Of a stretch of 20,000 nt of DNA, positions 1-8,558 are shown piece after piece (positions within the stretch are counted from its first letter, which is position 1; each line of letters begins with the position of its first letter). The stretch lies in sequence record SRR2962707_2549, one strand, 5' to 3'. The translations under genes were made by a program, and so were the position numbers. The notes under the pieces were generated by a model, which saw only the letters and a program-made list of their open reading frames with translations, ran no database searches and was not told the origin of the DNA.

Positions 1-228
1 GGCTAACTCTTGAGAGGACGAAACCAAGTTTAATGTAATCGACATATTTTCAATAATTGATTCAACACTTTGCGCAACAATATCTGCAGTGCGCAACGTG
101 CGCTGCTCTAGCGCTGCATCCTCTGTTTTCTTCAACTGCCCGACTAGGAATAGGAGGAAGATAAGAAGTGGAACAAAGGTCGCGATAAGAAGCGCTGCAA
201 GCCATAACGAAATTGAAAATCGTCTCAT
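1..228 (-). CDS. 5' part of a membrane-anchored sensor protein, probably a sensor histidine kinase (TM1 plus start of a Cache-like periplasmic region); truncated by the window edge
   Basis: Not in the ORF track. Hand translation from the ATG at 228-226 is open to position 1: MRRFSISLWLAALLIATFVPLLIFLLFLVGQLKKTEDAALEQRTLRTADIVAQSVESIIENMSITLNLVSSSQELA. SD-like GAGGA lies upstream. A basic N-terminus, one TM helix and a long amphipathic helix are typical of two-TM sensors. The kinase domain itself is outside the window. Confidence 0.7.
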   Translation of the reverse strand, partial: MRRFSISLWLAALLIATFVPLLIFLLFLVGQLKKTEDAALEQRTLRTADIVAQSVESIIENMSITLNLVSSSQELA

Positions 229-567
229 CTCTGGTCCTCAAAGCGACTGCAAATCATACGAGAACAAAGGATGGTGTTACATCAACGCTATCGTCAATTA
301 TTCTCTATCTTATTGATTTATCTGAAATTTAAACAAGAGTGAACTTGAATTTATAGCTGCTGCATTTTTTGTTACAGATGATAGAGAGACGCGGTAGAAA
401 ATTGATAGGGGAATTAGTAATAATGTTTCTTATTCAGTGACTTAGAGTGCGCCATAACGAAAATTTTGCTTCACTATCGCAAGCAACCGGATTTATATCG
501 TTGGGAATTGTAAGGAAACTTATCGCAAGGTCACGCAGTATTTCTGCAAAAGACAGCTTTATTCTCC

Positions 568-611
568 CAATAACAAATGCGCCATGGATCGTTTTTGATC
601 CATGGCGCATT
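568..611 (-). terminator. Intrinsic terminator of the heme receptor gene
   Basis: Perfect 15-bp stem AATGCGCCATGGATC (576-590) / GATCCATGGCGCATT (597-611) with a 6-nt loop. On the minus strand it is followed by TGTTATT, about 75 nt after the receptor stop. Confidence 0.8.
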
Positions 612-685
612 GCAGCGTTTTTGATTAATTCAAGTTACCGTTACAGCCGTTAAACTTGAATGATCGATGTGTTTATAGACAGTTT

Positions 686-2806
686 TTACCAACCGATTTG
701 TTTTGCAAATGTCAGCTTAAATGTCCGGCCAGTCGAGCGATTGGCCGCAAGGTTTTGGCGGTAGTCGGCGTTAAATAAATTATCTACCGAGAAACGCGTT
801 TCAGTGCCAGCGAACGCCCCATCTTCAGGTTTCCAAGAGGCAAATAGATTGACCGTGTTCCAAGCCTTAGCCGAGCCATCTGCCTGCGGACCTCTTGATC
901 CAAAAGCCTCAAAAATATTCCGCCCTTCATCTGCAAAAGTCAGCTGAGCGCCACCTTCAAGGTTCCACTCCGGTTTACGCGCACCGATTGTTGCAACAAC
1001 CTTATTTTGCGGCACTGTGGTGAGCGCCGTATTGGTCGTCAAATCATTGCCAACGGTGAACGTGTAAGCCAAGTTCGCAAACACATAGTCTGAATCATAG
1101 GCCGCTTCAATTTCAACGCCATAAAGTTCAGCTTCCGCGATATTGCCATAGTAAGGAACACCAGTGCCGCTATTGGAAGCGATCATGTCAGTTATGTGGT
1201 TGTAGAAAACTGTGGTCTTGATCGCTGTTGAATCGCCGGCGGTGAGCAAATCATTATTAGAAAATGAAATGCCTGCTTCAATGCTGTTGGCTTTTTCTTT
1301 ACGCAAATCGAGACTTGTGAGTTTGCCACGTCCTGACGAGTAAAGCTCATCTATCGTTGGCAGACGTTCAGTATGTGCCAAAGAACCAAATACGCTTACA
1401 TTATCAGATAAATCATATTGAGCGGCCAACTTTGGAGACAATGCATAGCCGTTGCGATCTGCCAATCCAGGTGTCGTTGGTGTGATCTGGTGTCCATCAA
1501 CGCGCATGCCAGCAATGAACGTCAGCTTGTCATCTAAGATGAACTCATTTTGCGCAAATAGACCACCGCGCCGTTCCGTACCCTCAGGGTGTGTTGTGAC
1601 ATCAACATCGCCTGCGGGGAAGTACACGGTTCGGTCTTGTGAACTAGCTTGCAAACCAAATGTAAAATAGTTCTCAAATCTTTCGCCCGTCCATTCAACC
1701 GTGTTGTCAGCTTTAAATTGGAAAGTTTGATATCCATAATCGGTGTCGGCAAAAGTGTCGGGTGGGGACGCATTGGTCAGCGGGCCATTATAAGTGTCGC
1801 GGTGATTGCGCTGCTCGTTGAGCGTGTCAGAATAGCTCAAAGACACATTAGCATTAAGCCATGGATTATCACTTGCTGGGTTCGACCATTCAATAACCGC
1901 CGTTTTGTCCGTCACATAACGGTCGGTATATCCAAATCCGATGCCTGAAATGACACCCGTTGCGGCATAGGGCATTTGGTCTGCGCCGCTGTGCCAATGC
2001 TGATAGGACGCTTTAAGCGTCTGCTCGTTATTCTCACCAAAATGCGCAGTGCCTTTGATCAATCCGGAAAGCCCGTTAAATGATGATCCTTCCAGCGGAG
2101 CGCCATTGGCTTGCGTCATTTCATTGGAACGCCGCCAATTGCCAGATGCAAGAACTTCAAAGCTGTCGTTAATACGCTGTGCAATCGTTGCCGAAGTTGT
2201 CGTTCCTGAACCGTTGCTATTAAAAGTTTCTTTTAGTTTTAAAGCACCATTCATGCCCGGTTCGATAAAGTCAGACGCATCTTTTGTCGTAAAGTTTATA
2301 ACGCCGCCGATAGCCCCTGCACCATAAAGAGTAGATGAGGCAGGCCCGCGCAAAACTTCAACCTGTTTATAAAGTTCAGGATCTGAGAAAAATGATCCCA
2401 TGCGGTACTGTTCAAAAAACTTCGGCATGCCGTCGACATTCACGATGATACGCGAGCCATCTGAGGAGTTCTCCGTTGTACCGATGCCGCGTATATTGAA
2501 CGCTTCACCAAGCTGGCGGTTGGATCCTACAATGTTCACGCCCGGGACAGCATCAAACAAGTCGCCAGTCGTAGAGGCTTGTTGTTTGTCGATATCCTCT
2601 TGGTCCAGAACAGTAACGGCCTGCGGTGTATCAATCGCAATTTTTTCTTCCCCAGCGCCAACAACAAGGCGGTTAAGAAGTGTCACTCTGTTTGATTTTT
2701 GTGTTTCGCTCGCCGTCGCTGCTTCTTCTTGTGCATAGGCAGCGCTTGTCAAAAGCATTGCCGCGCAGGCCAAAAGAACGCCCCGCCTTTTTTTAGCCAG
2801 TTCCAT
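686..2806 (-). CDS. hmuR: TonB-dependent outer-membrane heme/hemoglobin receptor (HmuR/ShmR-like)
   Basis: Signal peptide (AYA-QE), TonB-box-like LLNRLVVGA, plug motifs (IRG, VEVLRGPASSTLYGAGAIGGVINFTTK), C-terminal VDNLFN...GRTFKLTF with terminal W. Divergent from hmuPSTUV. The ATG at 2806 has a GGAG SD and is preferred over the TTG at 2818. Confidence 0.92.
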   Translation of the reverse strand: MELAKKRRGVLLACAAMLLTSAAYAQEEAATASETQKSNRVTLLNRLVVGAGEEKIAIDTPQAVTVLDQEDIDKQQASTTGDLFDAVPGVNIVGSNRQLGEAFNIRGIGTTENSSDGSRIIVNVDGMPKFFEQYRMGSFFSDPELYKQVEVLRGPASSTLYGAGAIGGVINFTTKDASDFIEPGMNGALKLKETFNSNGSGTTTSATIAQRINDSFEVLASGNWRRSNEMTQANGAPLEGSSFNGLSGLIKGTAHFGENNEQTLKASYQHWHSGADQMPYAATGVISGIGFGYTDRYVTDKTAVIEWSNPASDNPWLNANVSLSYSDTLNEQRNHRDTYNGPLTNASPPDTFADTDYGYQTFQFKADNTVEWTGERFENYFTFGLQASSQDRTVYFPAGDVDVTTHPEGTERRGGLFAQNEFILDDKLTFIAGMRVDGHQITPTTPGLADRNGYALSPKLAAQYDLSDNVSVFGSLAHTERLPTIDELYSSGRGKLTSLDLRKEKANSIEAGISFSNNDLLTAGDSTAIKTTVFYNHITDMIASNSGTGVPYYGNIAEAELYGVEIEAAYDSDYVFANLAYTFTVGNDLTTNTALTTVPQNKVVATIGARKPEWNLEGGAQLTFADEGRNIFEAFGSRGPQADGSAKAWNTVNLFASWKPEDGAFAGTETRFSVDNLFNADYRQNLAANRSTGRTFKLTFAKQIGW

Positions 2807-2829
2807 AAATGTCTCCAAATATTTTGAAT

Positions 2830-2855
2830 GCTGGCTTGCAGACGGCTGGCTTGCA
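2830..2855 (-). repeat. 11-bp direct repeat in the receptor 5' leader (candidate HmuP-responsive element)
   Basis: GCTGGCTTGCA at 2830-2840 and 2845-2855, which reads TGCAAGCCAGC twice on the minus strand, just upstream of the receptor SD. Confidence 0.7.
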
Positions 2856-2867
2856 TAGTTTTTAATA

Positions 2868-2882
2868 TGATTGTTTTAGTCA
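2868..2882. promoter_or_regulatory. Iron-responsive operator (IRO/RirA-type or Iron-Rhodo-type box) 1
   Basis: TGA-TTGTTTTAG-TCA matches TGA-N9-TCA and lies between divergent heme uptake genes. Confidence 0.7.
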
Positions 2883-2890
2883 AGTATTGC

Positions 2891-2919
2891 CTTTTATAAA
2901 ACATGACTATATGAGTCAA
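2891..2919 (-). promoter_or_regulatory. Candidate sigma70 promoter for the receptor
   Basis: Minus strand TTGACT-N17-TAAAAG; the -35 overlaps the second iron box. Confidence 0.4.
2904..2918. promoter_or_regulatory. Iron-responsive operator (IRO/RirA-type or Iron-Rhodo-type box) 2
   Basis: TGACT-ATATG-AGTCA is a palindrome matching TGA-N9-TCA. Confidence 0.8.
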
Positions 2920-2937
2920 CTATTGAATGAAGAAAAT

Positions 2938-2971
2938 GCCAAGCAAGCTACCAGCCAGCCAGGCAAGCCAG
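2938..2971 (+). repeat. CAAG/CCAG-rich repeat tract in the hmuP leader
   Basis: GCCAAGCAAGCTACCAGCCAGCCAGGCAAGCCAG; it ends in GCAAGCCAG (2963-2971), the same core as the receptor-leader repeat. Confidence 0.6.
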
Positions 2972-2988
2972 AATAGGCCAATCCTGTG

Positions 2989-3168
2989 ATGCAAAACGCT
3001 GATAACGTTGTTAAATCTGTAGAAAAGTCCGGTCAAAATAATCGGCAATCTTCCCATATCTCTAGCGCTGCGCTGTTCAAAGGCACGCGTGAAATTTCTA
3101 TTGAGCATAATGGTGAGTTCTACCGGCTAAAAATCACGCGCCAGGACAAGCTTATTCTCAACAAATAA
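2989..3168 (+). CDS. hmuP: Hemin uptake regulator HemP/HmuP
   Basis: About 59 aa with ISSAALFKGTREISIEHNGEFYRLKITRQDKLILNK and the diagnostic C-terminal KLILNK; first gene before hmuS. The start could be GTG 2986 or ATG 2989. Confidence 0.93.
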   Translation: MQNADNVVKSVEKSGQNNRQSSHISSAALFKGTREISIEHNGEFYRLKITRQDKLILNK

Positions 3169-3185
3169 GAGAGTTTGATAAGAGT

Positions 3186-4232
3186 ATGGTAGAACACACC
3201 AGTGCGAGCATTCGTAAGGCGAAGCTTGATAATCCGAAAAAGCGTGAGCGTGATATCGCGAATGAATTGGGCATTAGCGAAGCTGAATACGTAGAGGCAT
3301 GGCTTGGTCATGGTGCAACCCGCATCACAACCGATTTCGAAAGAATTTTTCCTGAAATGGAAGCGCTGGGGCCGGTGCTTGCGTTAACGCGCAATGAAAA
3401 TGCGGTTCATGAAAAAATCGGCGTTTACGATAACTTCATCAGCGGAAAGCGTGCTGCGATGATGCTGGGTGAACTGATCGATACCCGCATGTTTCCAGCG
3501 CACTGGGTTTATGGCTTTGCGTTTGAAAACACAGCCGGTGACACGGTCAAACGCAGCTTTCAGTTTTTTGACGCCCACGGTGAAGCTGTGCACAAAATTC
3601 ATTTGCGCGAAGAAAGCAATATAGAAGCTTGGCAAAACCTAGCCCAAAAGCTTGCATTGGATGAACAATCAAGCGCGGTTTCTATTGAGCAAGTTAAAGC
3701 GCCAGTATTTGAAAATGATCATGCTGTGCCGGTTGACGAATTGCGCACAAGCTGGCGCGCAATGACAGATACACACCAATTCTTCAACATTTTGAATCGG
3801 TTGAAAATCTCTCGCGTGAAAGCATTTGAGATCATTGGCGCAGAATTTGCGTGGAAAGTAGAGCCTGCGGCTGTCTCCAAAATGCTGCAAGATGCAGCGG
3901 ATATAAAAGTGCCGCTAATGTGCTTTGTCGCTAATCGTGGATGCATCCAAATTCATTCAGGGCCGGTGAGTCAAATTAAAGAGATGGGTCCGTGGCTCAA
4001 CATTATGGACGAAACCTTTCATCTGCATCTTCGCCAAGACCGAATCCAAGATATTTGGGTGGTTCGCAAGCCAACAGATAAGGGCCATGTCACATCACTG
4101 GAAGCATATGACGCACATGGCGAGTTGATTATCCAATTCTTCGGAAAGCGTGTTGAGGGACAGGATGAGCGCACTGAGTGGCGTGAAGTGCTGGAAAATC
4201 TTGCCAGCGCTGAAAATTCAATAGCGGCTTGA
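3186..4232 (+). CDS. hmuS: Hemin-degrading/trafficking factor HemS/HmuS (ChuS/PhuS family)
   Basis: 348 aa with two repeated domains and the motifs LTRNENAVHEK, SFQFFDAHGEAVHKI, MTDTHQFF, GCIQIHSG and VRKPTDKGHVTSLE. Confidence 0.95.
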   Translation: MVEHTSASIRKAKLDNPKKRERDIANELGISEAEYVEAWLGHGATRITTDFERIFPEMEALGPVLALTRNENAVHEKIGVYDNFISGKRAAMMLGELIDTRMFPAHWVYGFAFENTAGDTVKRSFQFFDAHGEAVHKIHLREESNIEAWQNLAQKLALDEQSSAVSIEQVKAPVFENDHAVPVDELRTSWRAMTDTHQFFNILNRLKISRVKAFEIIGAEFAWKVEPAAVSKMLQDAADIKVPLMCFVANRGCIQIHSGPVSQIKEMGPWLNIMDETFHLHLRQDRIQDIWVVRKPTDKGHVTSLEAYDAHGELIIQFFGKRVEGQDERTEWREVLENLASAENSIAA

Positions 4233-4246
4233 TGGGTAGTATAAAA

Positions 4247-5119
4247 ATGCATCTTAAATCTCTCATCTTACCGGCATCTTTCTTTGCAAGTCTGTTTTTC
4301 ACAGGGGCGAGTTATGCGCAGGACGCTCAAGCGAGCCGAATTGTTGCCGTTGGCGGATCAATAACCGAAATTGTCTATGCACTTGGCGAGGAAGAGCGGC
4401 TCATTGGCCGCGATTCCACCAGTGTTTATCCGCCAGAGGCCTTGGCGCTCAAGGATACAGGTTACATCAGAGCGCTTTCACCTGAAGGCGTTTTGTCACT
4501 TAACCCTGACCTTATTCTGGCGCTTGATGGCGCAGGTCCGCCAGATGCACTTGCGACGCTTCAATCGGCGGGTGTCCGCGTTGTTATGATTCCCGAAGGT
4601 TATGACGAGGAAGCGATCTCGCGCAAAGTGAAGGCTGTTGGGCAAGCACTTGGCGAGGAAGATAAAGCCAACGCACTCGCAGCGAAAATTGATCTGGCGT
4701 TAAGTGAAGCAATCAAAAAAGCAAATAACACCGAAACAAAACCGCGCGTGCTGTTTGTGTTGTCATTGCAGGGCGGCCGAATAATGGCTGCTGGTAGCGA
4801 TAGCCATGCGGACGGCATCATCAAATTGGCCGGCGGCGAGAACGTGATGGCGGCGATTACCGGCTACAAACAAATCAGTGATGAGGCGATAATCAAAGCT
4901 GCGCCGGACGTGATTTTAATGATGACGCGTGCTGGCGATCACACCGTTAACGATGACGCCGTGTTAGCGCAGGCAGCCATTGCCGCTACGCCTGCAGGAA
5001 AGGCAAAACAAGTCATCCGCATGGATGGTGCCTATCTTCTTGGTTTTGGCCCGAGAACGGCAGATGCTGTGGCAGATCTTCATGATGCACTTTACCCAGA
5101 TGCTCAGGTAACGGATTAA
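4247..5119 (+). CDS. hmuT: Hemin ABC transporter periplasmic binding protein
   Basis: Signal peptide, RIVAVGGSITEIVYALG, GYIRALSPEGVLSLNPD (Tyr heme-ligand region), LLGFGPRT. An alternative start is the ATG at 4232 overlapping the hmuS stop. Confidence 0.93.
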   Translation: MHLKSLILPASFFASLFFTGASYAQDAQASRIVAVGGSITEIVYALGEEERLIGRDSTSVYPPEALALKDTGYIRALSPEGVLSLNPDLILALDGAGPPDALATLQSAGVRVVMIPEGYDEEAISRKVKAVGQALGEEDKANALAAKIDLALSEAIKKANNTETKPRVLFVLSLQGGRIMAAGSDSHADGIIKLAGGENVMAAITGYKQISDEAIIKAAPDVILMMTRAGDHTVNDDAVLAQAAIAATPAGKAKQVIRMDGAYLLGFGPRTADAVADLHDALYPDAQVTD

Positions 5120-5123
5120 TCCA

Positions 5124-6221
5124 GTGTTAGATAATTCGCGTCTCATTTTAAACGGACCTGTTCCAGCGCCGACCCATTGGTCACGTGACCAATGGGCCAA
5201 GTTGGCATTGCCGCTGCTTGCCTTGTTGCTCGCAGTTTCTGCGTTCATTTCGCTGACAGCAGGTGCCTCTGATAGCTCGGCAATAAACGTGCTTCGCAAT
5301 TATCTTGGTTTTTCCAGTGATGGTGACGTTACAGGACGCGATTTTCTAATCATCATGAATATCCGCATGCCGCGGGTTGTTATGGGCATGTTTGTTGGCG
5401 CAACCTTGGCGGTTTCAGGCGCTATAATGCAGGGCGTCTTTAGAAACCCATTGGCTGATCCGGGGCTTGCTGGCGTGTCGGCAGGTTCAGGTCTGGGCGC
5501 GGCTACGATTATTGTGCTGGGCGGTTCGCTCGCAGCGCCTTTTATGGCTTTTATGGGCTTCTTAGCACTGCCATTGGCCGCATTTATTGGCGGGCTTTTG
5601 ACCACCTTAATGCTCTATAGTTTGGCAACGCAGCAAGGGCAGACATCCATCGCGACGATGCTGCTCGCAGGCATCGCCCTTGGCGCTCTGGCGATGGCGC
5701 TAACGGGCAGTCTTGTTTACATTGCTGATGATCGTGAATTGCGAGACCTCACATTTTGGGGGCTTGGTTCTCTGGCTGGTGCCAACTGGCTGAAGGTCAC
5801 TACAATTGGCTGTGTTCTGTTTATTTCCTTGCTCATTCTGCCGTTTATGGCACGAGGGCTCAATGCGCTAACGATGGGCGAAGCGGTTGCTTATCACATG
5901 GGTGTGCCCGTTGAGCGCTTGAAAAAGAGCGCCATCGTTCTTGTCGCGGCCATGACTGGCGCAGCTGTCGCAGTCAGCGGCGGTATTGGCTTTGTAGGCA
6001 TTGTTGTGCCGCATATTTTGCGTCTTTCAATTGGACCCGACCATCGTTTTCTCTTGCCTGGTTCTGCACTTCTTGGCGCATCCTTGCTGGCTCTCGCCGA
6101 TGCCGTCGCGCGTACAATCGTTGCGCCTGCCGAATTGCCGGTCGGGATTATTACCGCGCTATTTGGTGCACCATTTTTTCTTTGGATTTTGCTGCGCCGC
6201 CGCAACATTTTGGACAATTAG
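5124..6221 (+). CDS. hmuU: Hemin ABC transporter permease (FecCD family)
   Basis: IRMPRVV, QGVFRNPLADPG, GGIGFVGIVVPH, ELPVGIITALFGAPFF; multiple TM helices. Start position uncertain. Confidence 0.93.
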   Translation: MLDNSRLILNGPVPAPTHWSRDQWAKLALPLLALLLAVSAFISLTAGASDSSAINVLRNYLGFSSDGDVTGRDFLIIMNIRMPRVVMGMFVGATLAVSGAIMQGVFRNPLADPGLAGVSAGSGLGAATIIVLGGSLAAPFMAFMGFLALPLAAFIGGLLTTLMLYSLATQQGQTSIATMLLAGIALGALAMALTGSLVYIADDRELRDLTFWGLGSLAGANWLKVTTIGCVLFISLLILPFMARGLNALTMGEAVAYHMGVPVERLKKSAIVLVAAMTGAAVAVSGGIGFVGIVVPHILRLSIGPDHRFLLPGSALLGASLLALADAVARTIVAPAELPVGIITALFGAPFFLWILLRRRNILDN

Positions 6222-6230
6222 GAGAACTGC

Positions 6231-7046
6231 ATGTTTGAACTAACTGCGAATGATCTGGTCGTTCATTATGGGCGGCGCATGGTTTTGAAAAATGCCAATT
6301 TCACGGCCCAAGCGGGAGAGATAACCGTTATTGCCGGCCCTAACGGGTCTGGAAAATCAACGCTGGTGAAAGCAATTTGCGGCGAAATTAATTATCGCGG
6401 CGATGTCAAAATCAACGGCTCCAATATTGCCAAAATTCCAGCTTGGCAGCTCGCGGGAATGCGGGCAGTTCTGCCGCAAGAAACCAAGGTTTCATTTCCA
6501 TTTACAGTCGGCGAAATCATACGCCTTGGATTGAATGCAGGTGGTCGGTCAACTCAGACGAACGATCTGATCGAAGCCGCGCTGGAAAAGGTTGGCCTTC
6601 AAGGATTTTCTCAAAGATTGCTGCCTCAGCTTTCTGGCGGCGAGCGCCAGCGTGTTCAATTGGCCCGTGTGCTTTGCCAAATTTGGGATCCTGTTGGCGA
6701 ACTGGGACCGCGCTGGTTGATTATGGATGAGCCAGTGGCCAGCCTTGATGTTCATCACCAAATTTCTTTGATGGAACTTGCGCGTGATTATGCTGCAAAA
6801 GGTGGCGGTGTGATCGCTGTCATGCACGATCTCAATTTAAGCGCGCTTTATGCCGAAAAGATTGTGCTTATGGATGATGGTGTCATCGCGGCCAGTGGCG
6901 ATCCTCAGTCGGTGTTCACTGCATCAACACTCTGCAATGTATTTAACTGTCCGCTCCAGCCTAATTGTTCGCCGCAGGAGGGAACTTTTATCCTTCCTCA
7001 TTCTGCTGTCGGCAATTCAGCAAACATCGCTATTGCGGCTGAGTGA
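6231..7046 (+). CDS. hmuV: Hemin ABC transporter ATP-binding protein
   Basis: Walker A GPNGSGKS, signature LSGGERQRVQLARVLCQIW, Walker B LIMDEP, H-loop VMHDLNL; AGGAG SD. Confidence 0.95.
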   Translation: MFELTANDLVVHYGRRMVLKNANFTAQAGEITVIAGPNGSGKSTLVKAICGEINYRGDVKINGSNIAKIPAWQLAGMRAVLPQETKVSFPFTVGEIIRLGLNAGGRSTQTNDLIEAALEKVGLQGFSQRLLPQLSGGERQRVQLARVLCQIWDPVGELGPRWLIMDEPVASLDVHHQISLMELARDYAAKGGGVIAVMHDLNLSALYAEKIVLMDDGVIAASGDPQSVFTASTLCNVFNCPLQPNCSPQEGTFILPHSAVGNSANIAIAAE

Positions 7047-7064
7047 ATAGGAAAGGTTAAAGCC

Positions 7065-7493
7065 ATGTTTTATCGGACAATGAAGCTCACATTATTTTTG
7101 CTGCTCATGCTAACTTTCAGTTCTGCTTTGGCGCAAGAAGATGCGCCCAAGATCAATGTGGAGTTCAATCGGCTGACTGACACGCCCAATGGGTGCCGCT
7201 TCACTTTTGTGGTCTCCAATCAGCTGACACAGAGCGTTTCTAAAGCGGTGATTGAACTTGCCTTTTTTAACACGGAAGGTTTGGTCGAGCGGCTGACAGC
7301 GCTCAACTTTGGATCGCTTGCGGCAGGACGCGCCAGCGTTAAGCAATTTGAATTATCCGGCCCCCAATGCGGCAACTATTCACGACTTCTGATCAATGCA
7401 GTGAAAGCATGTGACGGCCTAACCGATGGCGTGAAGGCCTGCGATGCGGCGCTTGCCTTGTCCAACAAAACAGAAATTAAATTTGGAGTTTAG
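7065..7493 (+). CDS. Secreted/periplasmic hypothetical protein with 4 Cys, encoded between hmuV and exbB
   Basis: Signal peptide (ALA-QE), beta-rich pattern, Cys44/102/116/126, SD-like GGAAAGG, 2-nt gap to exbB. Confidence 0.85.
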   Translation: MFYRTMKLTLFLLLMLTFSSALAQEDAPKINVEFNRLTDTPNGCRFTFVVSNQLTQSVSKAVIELAFFNTEGLVERLTALNFGSLAAGRASVKQFELSGPQCGNYSRLLINAVKACDGLTDGVKACDAALALSNKTEIKFGV

Positions 7494-7495
7494 AA

Positions 7496-8185
7496 ATGGC
7501 GTCAGCTTTAGAGAATATGATTTCACTTCTTAAATTAGGCGGCCCCGTTGTTACTATTATCGCATGTGTGTCGATTATTGCGCTCGCGCTAATTCTTGTA
7601 AAAGCATGGCAGTTTTGGATTTGCGGCGTTGGTCATCGTCGTAGCGCACGCGCTTTGCTGGCGCAGCTACGTGCGGGGCAGGTGACACCTAGTAAACTTT
7701 CCAATGCGCAACAGCGTAATCCAGCGTCAAGTGCGGTCGCCTTTGCATTCTCGCTTAAAAAACGAGGCTTTAAAAAAGCTGAAATTGAGGAGGAGGTTGG
7801 TCGTCACGCGGCAGTTAAAATGCATGAGCTGCAAAGCGGACTGCGGCTTTTGGATGCGATTGCACAACTAGCGCCCTTGATGGGACTGTTTGGAACGGTT
7901 CTCGGGATGATTGACGCATTTCGGCAAATGCAGGGCGCAGGATCAAATGTTGATCCATCTTTGCTGGCTGGCGGCATATGGGTTGCGCTCTTAACAACAG
8001 CTGCGGGTCTGGTTGTGGCGATGCCGGTTTCGCTTGTCCTGACCTTGCTTGAAACACGCATTGAAAGTGAACGCGTTGCTATCGAAACACTCGTCAGCGA
8101 AGTCTTATCTCCTGTGTTAAACGCACAAGCGCGCGAAGACGTTGTTAAAGAGTTCCCTTCACGGAGCGCAGTTCATGCGCATTAA
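7496..8185 (+). CDS. exbB: MotA/TolQ/ExbB proton channel family protein
   Basis: GGPVV N-terminal TM, IAQLAPLMGLFGTVLGMIDAF, LAGGIWVALLTTAAGLVVA. Confidence 0.92.
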   Translation: MASALENMISLLKLGGPVVTIIACVSIIALALILVKAWQFWICGVGHRRSARALLAQLRAGQVTPSKLSNAQQRNPASSAVAFAFSLKKRGFKKAEIEEEVGRHAAVKMHELQSGLRLLDAIAQLAPLMGLFGTVLGMIDAFRQMQGAGSNVDPSLLAGGIWVALLTTAAGLVVAMPVSLVLTLLETRIESERVAIETLVSEVLSPVLNAQAREDVVKEFPSRSAVHAH

Positions 8186-8555
8186 TATTGCGCAGCGGGA
8201 GCGGCGGCGTTTGTCGGTCACTTCGTTGATTGATATTGTTTTTCTGTTGCTGCTGTTTTTTATGCTGACATCATCATTTTCGCATTATTCTAAAACGCAG
8301 ATTACATCGGCGCAAAGCGGTGGCGGTGCCAGCAGTGAGCACCCAGTTATTCTCGCCAAACCCTTAAAAGATGGTTGGCAGATCAACGGTCAATCAGTAA
8401 GCGATGGCGATATTGCTGGCTTTCTCCACCAATATTCAGACAGGGGTTTAGACCGCATTTTTCTGAGCGTCTCAGAGGATTTAAGCACGCAGCGGATGGT
8501 CGCTGCGCTAGAGGAATTGCGCCAGCTAAAATTCAAAGTCACGGTGTCGAGATAA
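8175..8555 (+). CDS. exbD: Biopolymer transport protein ExbD/TolR, copy 1 (canonical TM Asp)
   Basis: TSLIDIVFLLLLFFML; ATG 8175 with GGAG SD, overlapping the exbB end. Confidence 0.9.
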   Translation: MRINIAQRERRRLSVTSLIDIVFLLLLFFMLTSSFSHYSKTQITSAQSGGGASSEHPVILAKPLKDGWQINGQSVSDGDIAGFLHQYSDRGLDRIFLSVSEDLSTQRMVAALEELRQLKFKVTVSR

Positions 8556-8558
8556 GCC

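Noticed and set aside
201-462. 12-bp direct repeat GCCATAACGAAA at 201-212 and 451-462
   Set aside because: Only two copies, one inside a coding region, with no flanking similarity; not CRISPR-like or att-like.
89-653. Track ORFs 89-316 (+) and 447-653 (+)
   Set aside because: The first is antisense to the real sensor gene and the second runs through the terminator hairpin; neither has a recognisable motif or a convincing SD.
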